DNA of 64,000 nucleotides from Atractiella rhizophila (Eukaryota), in NCBI GenBank assembly GCA_021432655.1, contig MU271255.1, forward strand, positions 1 through 64,000, read 5' to 3'. The notes beneath the pieces are model-generated. The model saw only the letters and a program-made list of their open reading frames with translations, was not told where the DNA came from and ran no database searches. This document shows positions 25,064 to 38,996 of the stretch, one piece after another (positions within the stretch are counted from its first letter, which is position 1; the number at the start of each line of letters is the position of its first letter). Made by a program: the position numbers and the translations under genes.

Positions 25064-25429
25064 TTCAGGGTCCGGACGTCTGGAGCTACTGGATCAGACT
25101 CCGGACTCACATCGCTCCTAGCACCCCATGATTGATGGAGGTGGTCGTGAACATGAAAGAGTTCGCGAGGGGGGCTTGGGCACTCATTTCGCTAGCCAGG
25201 CAAATGCTTAGTTTACAAGTTGGGAGGATACCACTAAGGCAGCCCGACATTCAAATGATTGTTAACTAACTCATTGACAAAGTGTACAATAAAGGCCTTT
25301 TGCTGAGAGGAAGTCCTTTGGACTGTGAATAATACGATCTACAGGAGAAAGCAAAGAAGGGGCCTCTCATAAGTCCAGTCAAGTCCAAAGCTGGCCATTT
25401 AGCTCCACCTTCAGCGCATTGGAGATGAA

Positions 25430-26400
25430 CTCATTCACACTCAGCTCATCAGAACTTCGATTCAAACCCTCCTCCGGTGACTTCCTCAACATGTCCCTCC
25501 CAACCCCAACACCTTCAGCACATTCATCCCTCTTCCACCCCACTTTTTCCTCCGCCCGCCTCTATCCACGTCGCTAAGGTCGAATGGTTGAGGGGCAGGA
25601 TACAATACAATACACCAATCCGCCACCCCTTTTGAGCTTCTGTTTCTTTTCGACGGAACAGGTGCTTTAGAAGAATTCTAGGTCCGCTTCTGCAAGCCTG
25701 AATGGAACGGTTGTTGATAAAGCTGCTGGACTAGGAGACGCAAATGAGCGGGGGACGCTGGATGCCTTTGGAGAGGATGAAGGGGAGAATCGGAGAGGAG
25801 AGATGGTCCACAGCGGTGGCTGCTCTACTTCATCTGCATCTGAAGGCAATTGTCAATCTAATCTTCTGAATGGTAGAACATAAAATACCATCGTAAAGAA
25901 GAAAGGAGGCAGGCTTACTTCGATTGATGACTCTCCGAGCCAGCCACACCACCACAGCAGTCTTTCGGATTCCTATGACAGCAGATTATTCATTGCACTC
26001 CTACACAAAATCCTAACCACCATCCCTTCTAAGGGCCACATCCAGCTTTCCCTTCGCCGCAAGTGAGGCAATTTGACTGCATTCTTATTAACAACATCAA
26101 ACCCATCCTCCGCCGCCTCCTTACCCCCTCTAGCCTCTAGCCACACGTGGGGATCATGCAGTGCGCTGTGTTGTCGCTGGCTCGCTTGAGAGAAAGGCGA
26201 GGCGTGTGGAGGAGAATGGCGACTCAAGACCATTTGGTGCGGCGCTGGAATCAGGCGTACAATGCGGGGAAGGAGCTCGAAGGAGCGAAATAGGGATGGA
26301 AGCCGGAGGAAGATCGAGGAGGAGGGGGTGAAATGGAGCGGCTAACTCGAATGCGGCAAAGAGAATCGATTACGTCACTCAACGGGAAGTCAAGGTCGAG
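25430..26400 (-). pseudogene. Decayed passenger gene X, copy b
   Basis: LRRRESWMWPLEGMVVRILCRSAMNNLLS, homologous to 13967-14188 and 33719-33961. Confidence 0.55.
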
Positions 26401-26439
26401 GTCAATAACGTGGGAGTGCCAAACGATGGTATTCGGGTA

Positions 26440-27480
26440 TGGTCTGTTCTTTTCAACGGCACTCCGTTTCATCTTTCATGCCACTTTATCCGGCTAGGCT
26501 TACCATCCGCTCCTCACACTGGCAAAGCACCATTCGAACCGCAATCCGTACACAGCGAATGGATTCCCCTCCTCTCCTTCCACAGCCCACACCTCTTCAT
26601 CCCTTGCAAACCACTCTCGCCTGCACAAGTACGACCACTCTTCGCCTCCTCACCAAGCACCACCGCCCACAACACTTACATCTCCACCTCGGCCCTCTCT
26701 GCCTCTGCTGTCGCCTTCACGTAGCACACCTAATGTACCACGCAGGTTCCGAACCCACGTTCGAAATGGACCCGCTCGGGCTACCCAAAAGTGAAGACCG
26801 CATCAACTCTCCCCCCACTTCCCGCCACTTCCTCCTTTCGCTTTATCCAGATATAGCGGCTGGAGCAGCCCCGCGCATAGGTCGGTTCGGAGGACGCATC
26901 AGAGGGAGGACGGAGACCGAAATGGGTTGGTCGAAGGGGTTTCGCAGCCTAGAGGTATGGGAGGTGGTGGGAGATGATGATTTGTTTTACAGTGATGCCT
27001 TTTCTGAAGAGGAGAAGGGTGAGCGCAGTAGGGTGGTAGGGAGCACTGGAGAGGGGTCAAAAACGCACCCACTACAGACCGCATGTCTGCTCTTCCTCCT
27101 GCAGGGCATCACGTAACAATGCAACAGGTTCTCTGGCAAGAATTTGGCGTGGCATTGACGACCTCCATCCTCTCAACTGTCCTCTACATTGCAAATCCTG
27201 TCCCTCCGCTCTGCTCCCCCGCTCGTTCCGCTTCGCCTGCGCCATTCAGCTCCTATTTTCCTCGCTGGCTCACCGGCACCACTTGGGATAGTCGGAAGGA
27301 CACACTTCCCCATTCTCTAATATCTTCGTTAGGGGTGATGACGGGAAGGACTACGGAATGGGAGAGAAGGAGGAGAATGGATGGAAAGCTGGAGGAGAGA
27401 TGGAGATGGAGAACTGATGTCTTGGAAAATAGAAGGAAGATGGGCATCGCGCTGGAAAGAACTCGGGATGTGGTGTGACA
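26440..27480 (+). pseudogene. Decayed passenger gene Y, copy b
   Basis: KPLSPAQVR, DDLFYSDAF, HPLQTACLLF and LTGTTWD fragments in shifting frames. Confidence 0.5.
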
Positions 27481-28279
27481 AGGGAGAGCGGGTGCTGCTT
27501 CAGGGCTCCTAGAGACCTGATATGACGAAACTAGGACTGAGTGGATCGCTGGTTCCCTAGCATGGGGATATGGAACCGGTCGAGTTTCGCAAATCGACCT
27601 CGTCGTGCGTCTTCCATGCGTCTTCCATGCGATGCGATGGAGCACGACCAGGGATGCTGACATTGTTGAAGTTCTGGTGCCTCATCCAAAGGGGACGATC
27701 GCCGCCTTCTTAGCTGCCCACTAAATATTCAGATCTGTGGCGAGGTGAGAGTATCGAACGATGAAACCACAGTTGTACGCCTTCCTTTCCTGAGACAGGC
27801 CGAGATTGATGATGGAGATTGAATTCAGGCACTGGCCAAATTGACCATCCGAAGGCGATTCGAGAGACGGCACACCGTATCCTTCGCCCCTTCAAGCTTC
27901 GAGCGCATACCATCGTATGTCCACGCACCATACGTTTCCATGCGCCAACCTCACTAGAGCGGAGACCTCGCCTGCCGGGTCAGGTATAGTGCCTGCCAAT
28001 AGCCTCTCACTATCATTGCCACTATTACGAGGTTATAGAACGCTTCCTTTTCTCCGCCAACTCGCTTTTATCGCCCCCCTTTCGGCCCACTTGCCAAAGT
28101 GTCGTCTCTCGTGGGATTGCAGTCTTCTTGTCACGTCTGCATTGCTGTTGCTCTGCTAATAGATGAGTTCGGAGACTGATGTTGCATGTATTAGGAACAA
28201 CTTTTGACAACTGTACTGCTCCCTATAGTGCTCTCTCCTATTATCCTCTGCAACCACCGACATCAATCCACGTATTAAG

Positions 28280-29190
28280 CAAACAACAAAATGTCGTGCC
28301 ACTCATGCCTTTGCCCACGGCCTCCGTTCAACCAACGACCCTCTGCGACATGCGCAACAGGTCCCAAGCCGAAACGCAGACATATCAGAAGCTAGCTACA
28401 CCTACACTTGCCTCTCCAAACCACCTCTTCAAACCAATCGATTCTCCCAGATCCAACGAGGACGCCGCGCTCCAGACTGAATCCTTTCGGCTTGGAAGTA
28501 GATGAGGTTCGGTCAGCGCCGCCAACCTTGCTGAACTCGTTCCTCCTTACAAACCGTCTGGAGGGTGAGTGCCGGATCAGAGTTAGAGGGTTCCGAGGAT
28601 CCATGAGAAGGGAGACCCGACCCATGGCTCGAATGGGAAGGCGGAGAATGAGGCGGAATCCTTCATTGTGGAGGGGAGGAACGGGTATCTTGGTTCTCAA
28701 CCTGTAGGAGGATTCGATACGATGGTAGGAGGCAGAGCTACCTTGGAATCTGCTGACAGCGGCACTCTTCGTCCCTCTACGTACTTGCAAAGGACAGAGA
28801 CTGGAATCACGACGTGTACACGATGACGACCAAGATTTTTCCAAGTAACCTGACGAAGAAGCGGCTTGAGATCTGTAATGGGTTTTGTAATAAGGGTATC
28901 GATAAGGAAGGGAAACCGAAGAGTGGGTGTACGCTCTTTGGAGACTTCTTTGGAGAGGTGGATGGAAAAGGATTCCGCGAAATGACTTTGGAATGGCGTT
29001 CAAAAATAGATTAGCACATGGAAATACCTTAGTATGTCAACATCATCCTCACTCCTATCCCTATGTCCTACGAACCAATGCTGACTTTTCGCATGTGTCA
29101 GATTGGATCATCTCTATTGTCGTCTTCATCGTCGCCATCGGACTATTCATCATCTCCGAAGGAGACATCGTGAATGCCCTCACATAGTTC
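28280..29190 (+). pseudogene. Degenerate gene remnant with a hydrophobic C-terminal segment
   Basis: Coding-like frames interrupted by stops; GTATGT..CTGAC..CAG intron near 29033-29101; WIISIVVFIVAIGLFII. Confidence 0.3.
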
Positions 29191-30300
29191 GGGAACAGGC
29201 TAAAACAGTTCGTTCTCCTTCTTCCTTCGCAAGAATCTCGAGTAATTGCTGATTGTTCCCAGCTTCCACGATAATAATATACTCATTCAGCTTTCAGATG
29301 ACCACATTGTTTCCTGATTTGATGGGAAGATGAAGATGCCTTTGGAGCCACCTCGATCTAGCGACATCCTCTCCTTTGACGAACAATCTTTCTTGAGACA
29401 GAAAGGACAAAATGCGTTAGAATCCTTTGTAGTCTTATGCTCACTCGCTGAAGAAAGGGAAAAGGGAAGGGAAGGAGAATTATGGATGAGAACGTCAGTC
29501 TGGGCATGTAAGGCACTCGAATTTGGAGCTGAAAGAAAGAGGATGAGGGATGGGGAGGAGGGGCACGGAAGCTATGGAGGATGCAAAGCGGTTAGGGATC
29601 TGTGACTGATGTGTGGCATAATGGGAGAAAGTGGACCGTGAAGGAGAAGGAATTCCCTAGATGACATTCGTGAGTTATTCACTCTCTAATATCTTGCATG
29701 CACACTTCTCTCAAACCGAAACCCGAACTGACTTGCCTCCTCCATTCAAGGCTCACTCCTACCGCTAAACGATTGTGAGCCTTTCAAATTGGTCGCCTCT
29801 GCTTTTGTCTTCCACAAGCACCCCATCTATCCACGAGGGAACGTTCATCATCATGTTCCTTGCCCCCTCGAACAATTTCGGAACTATCTCACCTTGTCTC
29901 TGCCGCGTGGGAAAGGGAAGGAGGAGTATCAACCATGATATTCACGACTGCAACTGCATTCCCTTCAGTGAGGGCAAGCATTGTTTGATTCCAGTTTGTC
30001 GAGGTGCAACTTCTGTTCCCCCACTTCCTCCACTTGAATGGCTTCCTTCATTCACAGAGGGCCAATTCTGTACGGCTAATACGAACCAGCTGTCGCCGTC
30101 CGAGTTTTCCGAATCATATCAGGGCACACTACTAGGCTACGTTCGTACCCCAACAACGAAAGGATCAGTGGGTCGTGCCATTCTCCTTGATCTTCCCACA
30201 AGCTGTTCACCTAGGTAGTCTCACAGCTCACAGTTTGGGATCTCAGTTCATGTCGTCACGATTCCTCGCGAATGGCTCTCGCATTTCCGGTCTTGTCAGG

Positions 30301-32128
30301 ATGGGAAGGAAGATGACGCAGCTGATGAGGAGGATGCTGGGAATGGCGAGGAGGAGGATGACGCCTGCGAATGATGCGGTTCAGGTATGATTCCATCTTC
30401 ACCCTTGGCGTTCTTTCTCATCTGACGTTCGTCATGGATGGAAACTAGTCTGCTATCTTTCCTCAAAAGATGATGGAGCAGCAAACATCTAGCTCACATG
30501 AGGACTCTCAAGAACCAGACTCGAGGGGACTTGTCCATGTCATTACCCCAAGCGATGAGCTCAATTCGATTCACCTCTCCATTCTTCCCTCTTTCCTATC
30601 TCACCTACCTGTGTCAATCCACACCCTCCAGATTTCATTCACCTTGTCACAATCATTGGGGAGGCGGAACCTTGCAGAGATGTCACAAAAACTGTCTCAT
30701 TTATCATTTGGATGGGTCAATAATGCGGTCGACAAGGATGGCGCAATCAATCTTCACCTTACCATCGACAGCGATATCTCAGTAACCTTTTTGGATGCTG
30801 AAGAGCATGCGTCGACTATCGAAAGAGATGTCAAATCAGAGGTCAACTCGCTTACTTCGTCTGGCGATCCATATATTCGCACATTTCCTTTCTTTCGCGA
30901 GAATGCCATATTCGCCGCCATTGCCTCATACTCTGAACATGAAGAATGCTTCCTCCCCATGTGTGAGGATGAGTCGTCATCCCTCCCATCCCTCAGTACA
31001 GCTAGCATCATCCAACTCTCTGTCCCACCTCCAGGTGTTATTCCATGCTCCATCTCGCGTTTACCTGTGGAGCTCCTCTCTCTCATATTCAGTTTCATCG
31101 ACGACACTTCCATTCTTGGAGTTGTCCCTGACGCGTGCAAGCTCTGGAGGGAAGTTTCAGCTCCTTATTGGGGCGAACCTGGCACAGTGACAGAGAAGTA
31201 TGAGCGGTTGAAACTCTATCCTGGTGCAGGACGAATGTGGGACAGACTGACGTTTGACGAAAGTATGGATGTTGGGATGGTGAAGCAGGTCATTGCTGGC
31301 TCGCCGAACGTCACGGAAGTTTGGATGGATGCATTTTGGAATGAAGAGGAGGCGAATACTGTGTTAAATGCAATCGCAGGCTTGAAACGTGTGGATGTCA
31401 TCAGGTTTGGAGATTGGGGTTTGAGAAAGTGGAGGAAGGAGGAGATTGAGAAATTTATACGGAGGACGGGTGACAGGATCAGACGGCTCGAAGTTAACGA
31501 CGTGGAGGACTCTCTTGTTTCAGCCTCAGAAGGCCTTCACTTATCTTCTCGCCTCAGATCCTTAGACCTCTACCAGTACCCGCCTCTCCCATTGATCTCC
31601 CTCCCACGCACACTGAAGCGCCTCAAACTCACCAATATGTGTCCGCTCCCTTCCTCCATCTCGGAGTGCCCTCTACCACCGCTTCTAGAATGGCTCAACA
31701 TCGAGCTCGCTCCGTTCTCCCCTAGCGAAAAGACCTCCATCCTACCCACTCCGCTCCACTTATCACACCTCACGCACCTTACTCGCCTGATCCTCGATGG
31801 TGGTGAAGAAACCTCAAACCTCATTTCCCCTGAGTTCTTCAGCACCCTCAAAAATGCAACGGCGATACATGATATAACACTCTGGTACTGTGTGGTGGAC
31901 TCGTTCGACTTCCCAGACTTCATCCGCTGGTTCTTTTGGAATTGGCAGGTGAGCGGAGCTGAGAAGGCAGATCCGCCTGATAGAGAGGTCATAGGGTGGC
32001 ATCTTCAGGTTCGTTTATTCTTTGGAGACTGGAGCAAGGAGGAGATTGTGATTGCGCGGAGTACGATGGAAGAGTACACAAGGAGCGAGGAGTCAGGCAT
32101 TTGGGAGCCTGGGGAGGGGGAGGAATAG
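30301..32128 (+). CDS. F-box/LRR-like protein, array copy F6 (intact)
   Basis: Exon1 30301-30384, GT-AG intron 30385-30448, exon2 30449-32128. F-box ISRLPVELLSLIFSFI..ACKLWREVS. Confidence 0.87.
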
Positions 32129-32659
32129 TGTAGAAGGCACATTCTGATTCAGGCTCCAGACCTCTGGAGCGACTGGATCCGACTCCCGACTCTCACATCG
32201 CTCCTAGCACCCAATGATTGATGGAGGTGGCCATGAACTGGAAAGGACTTGTGAGGGGGCACTCGTGCACTCGTTTCGGTAGCTAGGTGAATGCTTAGAT
32301 TTCAAGTTGTGAGGATAAGGATACCACTAGGGCATCCTGACATGCAAAATGATGTTAACTAACTAACTCGTTGACAAAATGTACAATAAAAGCAATTTTC
32401 ACCGAGAACAAATCCTTTGCACTGTGAATAGAAAAGTACGATACGATCTGCAGCCGAAAACAAAAGAAGAGCCGTGTCATATATCCAATCAAATCCACAG
32501 TTTGCAATTTAGTTCCCGTCATCTTCGTCCACATTCGAGTCTCCAGTTCATCAGCTCCTGTATCGCCTTTTGAGCGAGCAGGTTGAGAAGCTCTCTCGGA
32601 GTGAACGGTTGAGTGGATGAGCCGGAAAAGCATTCTAGTCAGTTGTTTAAACAGTGTCA

Positions 32660-33084
32660 TGGGAAGACTCACCCTCACACACCGCATTGAACTAGGCGAA
32701 GCCACATACTTGTTCGCTGCAAAGGTCACGTCCTTTCCAAATCTACATCTTCTGTACCTTCATATTATCACTTTCCACTATAGAACTTGTATCGATGAAC
32801 GGGATGCGGTCGCTCTTCCTTATCCTGTGCACTACGTTGTTAGTCCTCTCTTTGCATTGGTTCTTGCGCGGTATTGGCTGTGAACACACCCGTAGTGACA
32901 GGGAGGATCTTGCGAGAAGGTTCGCAATCGGTCTGTTCAGTTGATCGTCAGTTTCACCGTCCAGACATGAGAGTCGACACAAAGCCCCAAACAATTTGAA
33001 TAGTACAAAGCCGCACCGTGGAAAAGCAATGGAAAGATGGAGGAACAGAAGTGCGACAAGGAGCGGGAGAGGGAGGATGAACAT
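32660..33084 (-). pseudogene. Possible small secreted-protein remnant
   Basis: Signal-peptide-like MFILPLPLLVALLFLHLSIAFP followed by intron-like segments and stops; weak similarity to ~17000-17140. Confidence 0.3.
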
Positions 33085-33129
33085 GGATCGGTAACTCTCC
33101 ACTCTGGCTCCCGCCTACTGATGTTTTAC

Positions 33130-34260
33130 CAATGTGGACCAGCTTATCTGCGTGCTTCGGCTCAACATAGAATGAGCGTCCTAATCTCGTCATCTTTTCC
33201 GGTGACAAGGAAAAAACTTACCCCTCGGCGCGTTAGAGGTGAACTTATTCAATCTGCATTCTAGTCAGAATTCGATTTCAAACTTCTCTGGCGACTTCCT
33301 CAACATGTCCCTCCCACCCCCAACACTTTCATCACATTCATCACCTCCTCCGCCCATTCCTCCCTCCTCCTGTCACGCTGCTACGGCTGAATGATCGAGG
33401 CACACGTAACGCAATACACTGATCTGCTGCGCCGTTGTGCCTCTGTTGTCTCAGATGGCAGAGGTGCTTTGGGAATGTTTTAGATCTCCTTCTAAAAGTT
33501 GATCATTCTCAGTGGCTGAACTGGGAAAGAGGGTGGATGCTGGATGCCATTTGGAGAGGATGAAGGGGAGAATCGGAGAGAACGGATGGTCCGCAAGTGT
33601 TGGCGTAGGCCGAGTGTGCACTTCGGTCTCTAGTCTACTTCAGCTGTAGGCAATTGTCAATCTAATCTTCTGAATGGTAGAACATAAAATACCATCGTAG
33701 AGAAGAAAGGAGGCAGGCTTACCTTGATTGGTGTCTCTGTGCCAGACACTCCACCACAGTAGGTTCCCATGACAGCAGATTATTCATTGCACTCCTACAC
33801 AAAATCCTAACCACCCCTTCTAAGTGCCACATCCAGCTTTCCCTCCGCCGCAAGCGAGCCAATTCGAGAGCATAGTACTTATCGACAACATGAAACTCAT
33901 CCGCCGCCGTCTTACTCTCCACCTCGCTCCACCTCTTCGAGCTTTCGGCACGTTCCGCCACCTCCTAACTCCCTTTGGCCTCTAGCCACATGTGGACGTC
34001 ATGAACTAAGCCATATTATCACTGCCTCGCTTGAGAAAAGAAGAGTGAAGCGCATGTGATGACAAAAGAACCCCCTTCTTCAGTCTGGATCGAAGTTGGA
34101 GTCAGGTGTACGGGGAGGAGATTAAAGAAGTAGAGATGGGAAGTCAGAGGAAGATCCAGGCGGGAGGATGGGGAGATGAATGGAGCGGCTAACTTGAACG
34201 CGGGCGAAGAGAATCGATGACGTCACTCAACGGGAAGTCAAGGTCGGGTACATGGGAGCG
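33130..34260 (-). pseudogene. Decayed passenger gene X, copy c
   Basis: DEFHVVDKYYALELARLRRRESWMWHLEGVVRILCRSAMNNLLSWEP. Confidence 0.55.
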
Positions 34261-34299
34261 CCAGTAAAATGATAGAATTCGGGATATATTACGGGCTGT

Positions 34300-35400
34300 T
34301 CTTTCAACGGCACTTCCTTCTCCTCTTTCTTTCACTGCGTGACAACTTTGTCCACCATCCGCTCCCACAACACGCCACTCGACCGTCAAAACCGCAACTG
34401 GTCCCTTCGCCGCTGTTCTCCTCGTCTCCTTACTACCCAGACTCTTCTTCATCCACTCCCTCCTCGCGATCCCAAACCACTCTCACCCACGCAAGTACGA
34501 ATCGCTCTTCGACTCCTCATCCGACCATCCACCTCTCCACTCAAATTAGATCTCCTTCTCCGTCTTGACTGTCGCTTTCACCTTCGCTCTGACGTATCTT
34601 CATGCAATGTACCGCACAGGCTCCAAATGCGCATTCGAAGCGGATCTACTCGCGCAGCACAAGGGCGAATGCGATGCCTTTCTTCCTCTTCTCGCCTTCC
34701 TCCTCCTTTGACGTATCCCGATAAAATAGCTGGAGTCCCCGGACAGATCGGTTCGGAGAATGACAGGAGGATAAGAGGGGCAGGGGAGGAAGATCATTTG
34801 GTAGACGCGGGGGTCGTTGGTGCGAAGGGGCTGCTGCGGGGAGAGGATTTGTTTGAGCTGCTTGCATATCTGAGGAGGCGAGGGGGCGGCGGAGAGGGTT
34901 GTACACCACATCCGCCAACTACCACGTCTCTGCTCTTCGGCCAGCAGGACATCATATAACCATTCATTGGGTTCTCTACAGGAAATAGCATGAAGGATCT
35001 TCCTCCCCTCAAGCATCCGATACATCCAATCCTGTCCCTCCCCTCTGCTCCGCCTCCTTCCACTTTGAAAACGGGGCGAGGAACGTGTCGATCGACCCAT
35101 CTTTTGCCTTTGCCATTTGCCTCTGCCACTTCTCTACTCGGCCCGTTGGAGCCACTTGGAGACATATAGGGAAGGGGCTTTCTTCCTCATTCTCTAATGC
35201 CATTGTTAGGAGTGTAGACGAGCAAGAATCTGGAAAGGAGGAGGAGGAGAAAAGGATGGGAAGAGGTCTGGGAGTGGAGATAGAGAGCTGGCGGAGAGGA
35301 AGAGGAAATGAAGGAGGAGGATGAGGAAGGGTTGAAGTAGGTCTGGAGGAGGGAATGGAGCCGAGAAGGGAGGTGGCGTGGAGAGCGCCGGTGGAGCGAC
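34300..35400 (+). pseudogene. Decayed passenger gene Y, copy c
   Basis: DPKPLSPTQVR, YPDKIAGVPGQIG, EDLFELLAY, HPPTTTSLLFGQQ and VGATW. Confidence 0.5.
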
Positions 35401-36500
35401 GTTGCTGCTTCTTTCGGAACGAGGACTACTGGTGAAGAAGATGAGATAAGGGTTTTGGTTACCGAATGAGGAATAGAGAGAGCGAACCAGGAAGGTAGCG
35501 GTAAGCGACCATGTTGTCCGTCCTCCCTACGTTCACACACTCTCCACAACGCTGATTCCCTGCGATGTGATGGAGCAGGACAGAGGACGCGTTGCTATTG
35601 AAGCTTTCCTTATCCAAAGCAGAACGACTCGCATAAGCAGTGCTGACTACCGACAGAATGTTCACATCTATGGTAAAGTGAGATCATTAAAAGACGACTG
35701 GTTGTATACTTCCTTGCCTAAGACAAGGGGAGATTGACGATGTGGCTAGACTTAGACTGCGGACAACTGGCGATTCGAAAGACGAAGCACCTTGCTGACC
35801 TTCACATTCCAAGCGTCGCTTGTATATCATTGTATATCGATGCAAAAACAGTCCAATGCGCCAACGATCCTATCAGAACTCAGGACTTCCCTCCCACACT
35901 AGGTTTAGTGCCATGGCTTCATCATGGTTGCTGTGGGGCATTGCACCTGCCTCATTTCGAACAGCCACTTCCCGGCGTGATGCGCAGAAGGAACTTCGAT
36001 GTCACCGTGATCGAACCTTCCTCCTCTACTTCAACCAACGACCACCCTTTGAGGCGGAAACAGACCTGCCTGAGCATCCTTACGAGTTTTTTTGATCACT
36101 TGCTTAAGACAGCGAAGACGGAAGTGTGGGAATGAGAACGATGAGAATATCCGTCTTAGCATATATGGCACTAGAGTTCGGATGTGAATGAAGGAGGATG
36201 AGAGATGGAGTGAGGGCACGGAAGTGATGGGTGGTACCATTTTGATTCCCACTTGTTAACATTGTCTGATCCCCACATGCTCTGCTTGAGTCCCATCGTT
36301 CATTCACAGAGGGTTAATTCTACACGACCTCCTCCTTCAGTCCGCGTTCTCCATATCAAATAAAGGCATACAACGCACATCCGTCCCCAACAACAGTGTG
36401 AGGAAATGTTTTTCTAGGTCGTCTCACAGCTCACAGTTTCGGACTGGAGAACCCATTGCAACTTTTCGTCAATCTTGTTCAAAGTTTCGATCCTGTCAGG

Positions 36501-38294
36501 ATGGGAATGAAAATGAGATGGGCAAGGATGAGGGTGGCGCCTGCCGATGATGCGACCCACGCATGTTTCATCTCCACCTTTGATATTCTTTTTTTTCCTA
36601 ACATGGGTCATGGGTTCCAGTCAGCTACCTCTTCTCAAATGATGATGGAACGGCAAACATCTAGCGCACGCCAGGGCTCTCAGGCACCAGACTCAATGGC
36701 ACTTGTCCATGCCATCACCCCAGGCTACAGGTCCTCGATCCACGTGTCCATTCTTCCCTCTTTCCTATCTCGCCTACCTCTGTCAATTCACACGCTCCGG
36801 ATTTCGTATATCTTACCTCGTCGAATGGACGAGTACTGGGAGCCTGGACAGGTGTCCTCAAAATTGTCTTATTTGTCACTTGAACGGGTTAAACACGCCG
36901 TCAACAAGGACGGTGCAATCAGTCTTCACATCAGCATCGACAGCGAAAGTGTTTCAGTAACCGTTTTGGATGTTGGAGGGCATGCGTCGGCTGTCAACAG
37001 GGATGTCAAATCAGAGGTCGACCCGTTTGCTGCCTCTGGCGACTCATATACTCACACACTTCTTTTCCTTCGCGAGAATGGCATATTCGCCCCATTGCTT
37101 CGTACTCCGAACATGTGGAACGCTTCCTCCCCATCAGTGAAGACAAATCATTACCCCTCCCATCTCTCGCGGCCGCTAGCATCATCCAAATCTCTGTCCC
37201 ACCTCCAGCTGCGATTCCATGCTCCATCTCGCGTTTGCCTGTAGAGCTCCTCTCTGATATTCAGTTTCTCTTGCAAGATTTTCATTGTTGCTAATGTATG
37301 CGAGCTCTGGAGGGAAGTTTCTGCTCCTTATTGGGACAAACCTCATTCTGTGGTGGAAAAGTATGAGTGGTTGAAACGGTATCCTAGTGCCGGACGACTG
37401 TGGAACAGACTGAGGATTAACAAAAGCATAGATGTTGGGATGGTGAAAGAGGTTGTCATAGGCTCCCCGAATGTCACGAGGGTGTGGGTGGATATGTTTT
37501 GGAATGAAGAGGAGGCGAACGTTGTGTTGAATGCAATCGAAGGCAAACAGCTGGATAATGTCACCTTTGGAACTGGTTCGAGAAAGTGGAGGAAGGAGGA
37601 GATCGAGAACTTTGTGCGGAGGATGGGTGACAGGATCAGACAGCTCGAAGTTTATGATGTGGAGGACTCGCCTACTTCAGCCTCTGCAGGTCTTCACTTA
37701 TCATCTCGCCTCGAATACCTAAAACTGGGAAAGTACCCGCGTCTGCCATCGCTGTCCCTCCCACACACCCTTGAGCACCTCGAACTCTGGAATATGTGTC
37801 CCCTCCCTTCGTCCATCTCCAACTACCCTCTGCCGCCTCGTCTGAAAGAGCTCACAGTCATGCTTGCCCCCTTCTCCGCCGACGGAAAGACCTCCATCCT
37901 TCCTGCTCCATTGGACCTATCACACCTCACATGCCTCAGCGAGCTGATTCTCGACGGGGGCGAAGAAACGACAAACCTCGTTTCTCGCCATTTCTTCAGC
38001 ACCCTCAAAAATGCAACGGTGATTGAGTCGATAACACTCCAATACTGTGTGGTTTACTCGTTCGACTTCTCAGACTTCATCCGCTGGTTCTTTGACCGTT
38101 GTCGGATGAGCGGAGTGGAGCTGGTGTATCGGCCTAATAGAAAGTGGGCAGAGGCACATCTTGAGCTTCGTTTGTTCTTTGGAGACTGGAGCGAGGAGGA
38201 GATTGTGATTGCACGGAGGACGATGGGAGATTGCACAACGGGCAAAAGGAAGCTGCATTCAGGTGTTTGGAAGCCTGGGGAGGGGGACAAGTAG
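36501..38294 (+). pseudogene. F-box/LRR copy F7 (-1 at ~37090 and -2 at ~37255)
   Basis: Exon1 36501-36560, GC-AG intron 36561-36620. The family peptide lies in ORFs 36456-37244 and 37350-38294 (same frame), with an out-of-frame stretch between that ends in TAG at 37242-37244. Confidence 0.85.
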
Positions 38295-38996
38295 TCGTAA
38301 AGGCACAACGGGGCTTGAGGTCAGACTCCTGCCTCGTCGCTCTCACTCCCAGTACTTGACGACTCTTTGTAGACACGACAGAACCCCCTTCTCCCGCCAT
38401 GTTTATATTGCGACGATTTGCATTGGAGCAGAGACCAGCCATCAACTGCTGCACAGGTCAAGAGAAGTGACACCTTGCCACGAATCCGAAATGAGGCATC
38501 ATTCACCGCTGGCATCACGGGTTAAAGGGATGAGGACCCTTGTTCTTCTTAGGATCGAGTCCAAAGGATTAAAGGTAGCGCGCATGTAAGAGATTTTAAA
38601 TGTATGTCGTTCAAAAAACAACTGTGATCGGACGGAAGGACGAGATGCCTGAAGGTTCTTACTGTTGCCTTGCATCTGAGTTGAAGAATGAAGAGTGGTG
38701 CATTGAACTCGGACTGAGCTGGCGACACTCGCCTTACTAGCAGGGAAGCTCCTAGTAATAATACTTCCATGCAAGGTTCCTCAAATCTGCTCTGCCGCTA
38801 AGTTGGAGCGATATCAGAACTCTTCCCGGATTGAGTCATTGTTTGGTGAGAGATTAAGCAAAGTAAAGCTTTGGGACTTGCGCCGGGTGCGCTCGATAAA
38901 ACGACCACAGCGTCTTCGATAACAGCACTTCGGTGCGAAACATGTGATGAATCGATGTACATAGTTGCATACATACATAATCCCGTCCAACGAGCC

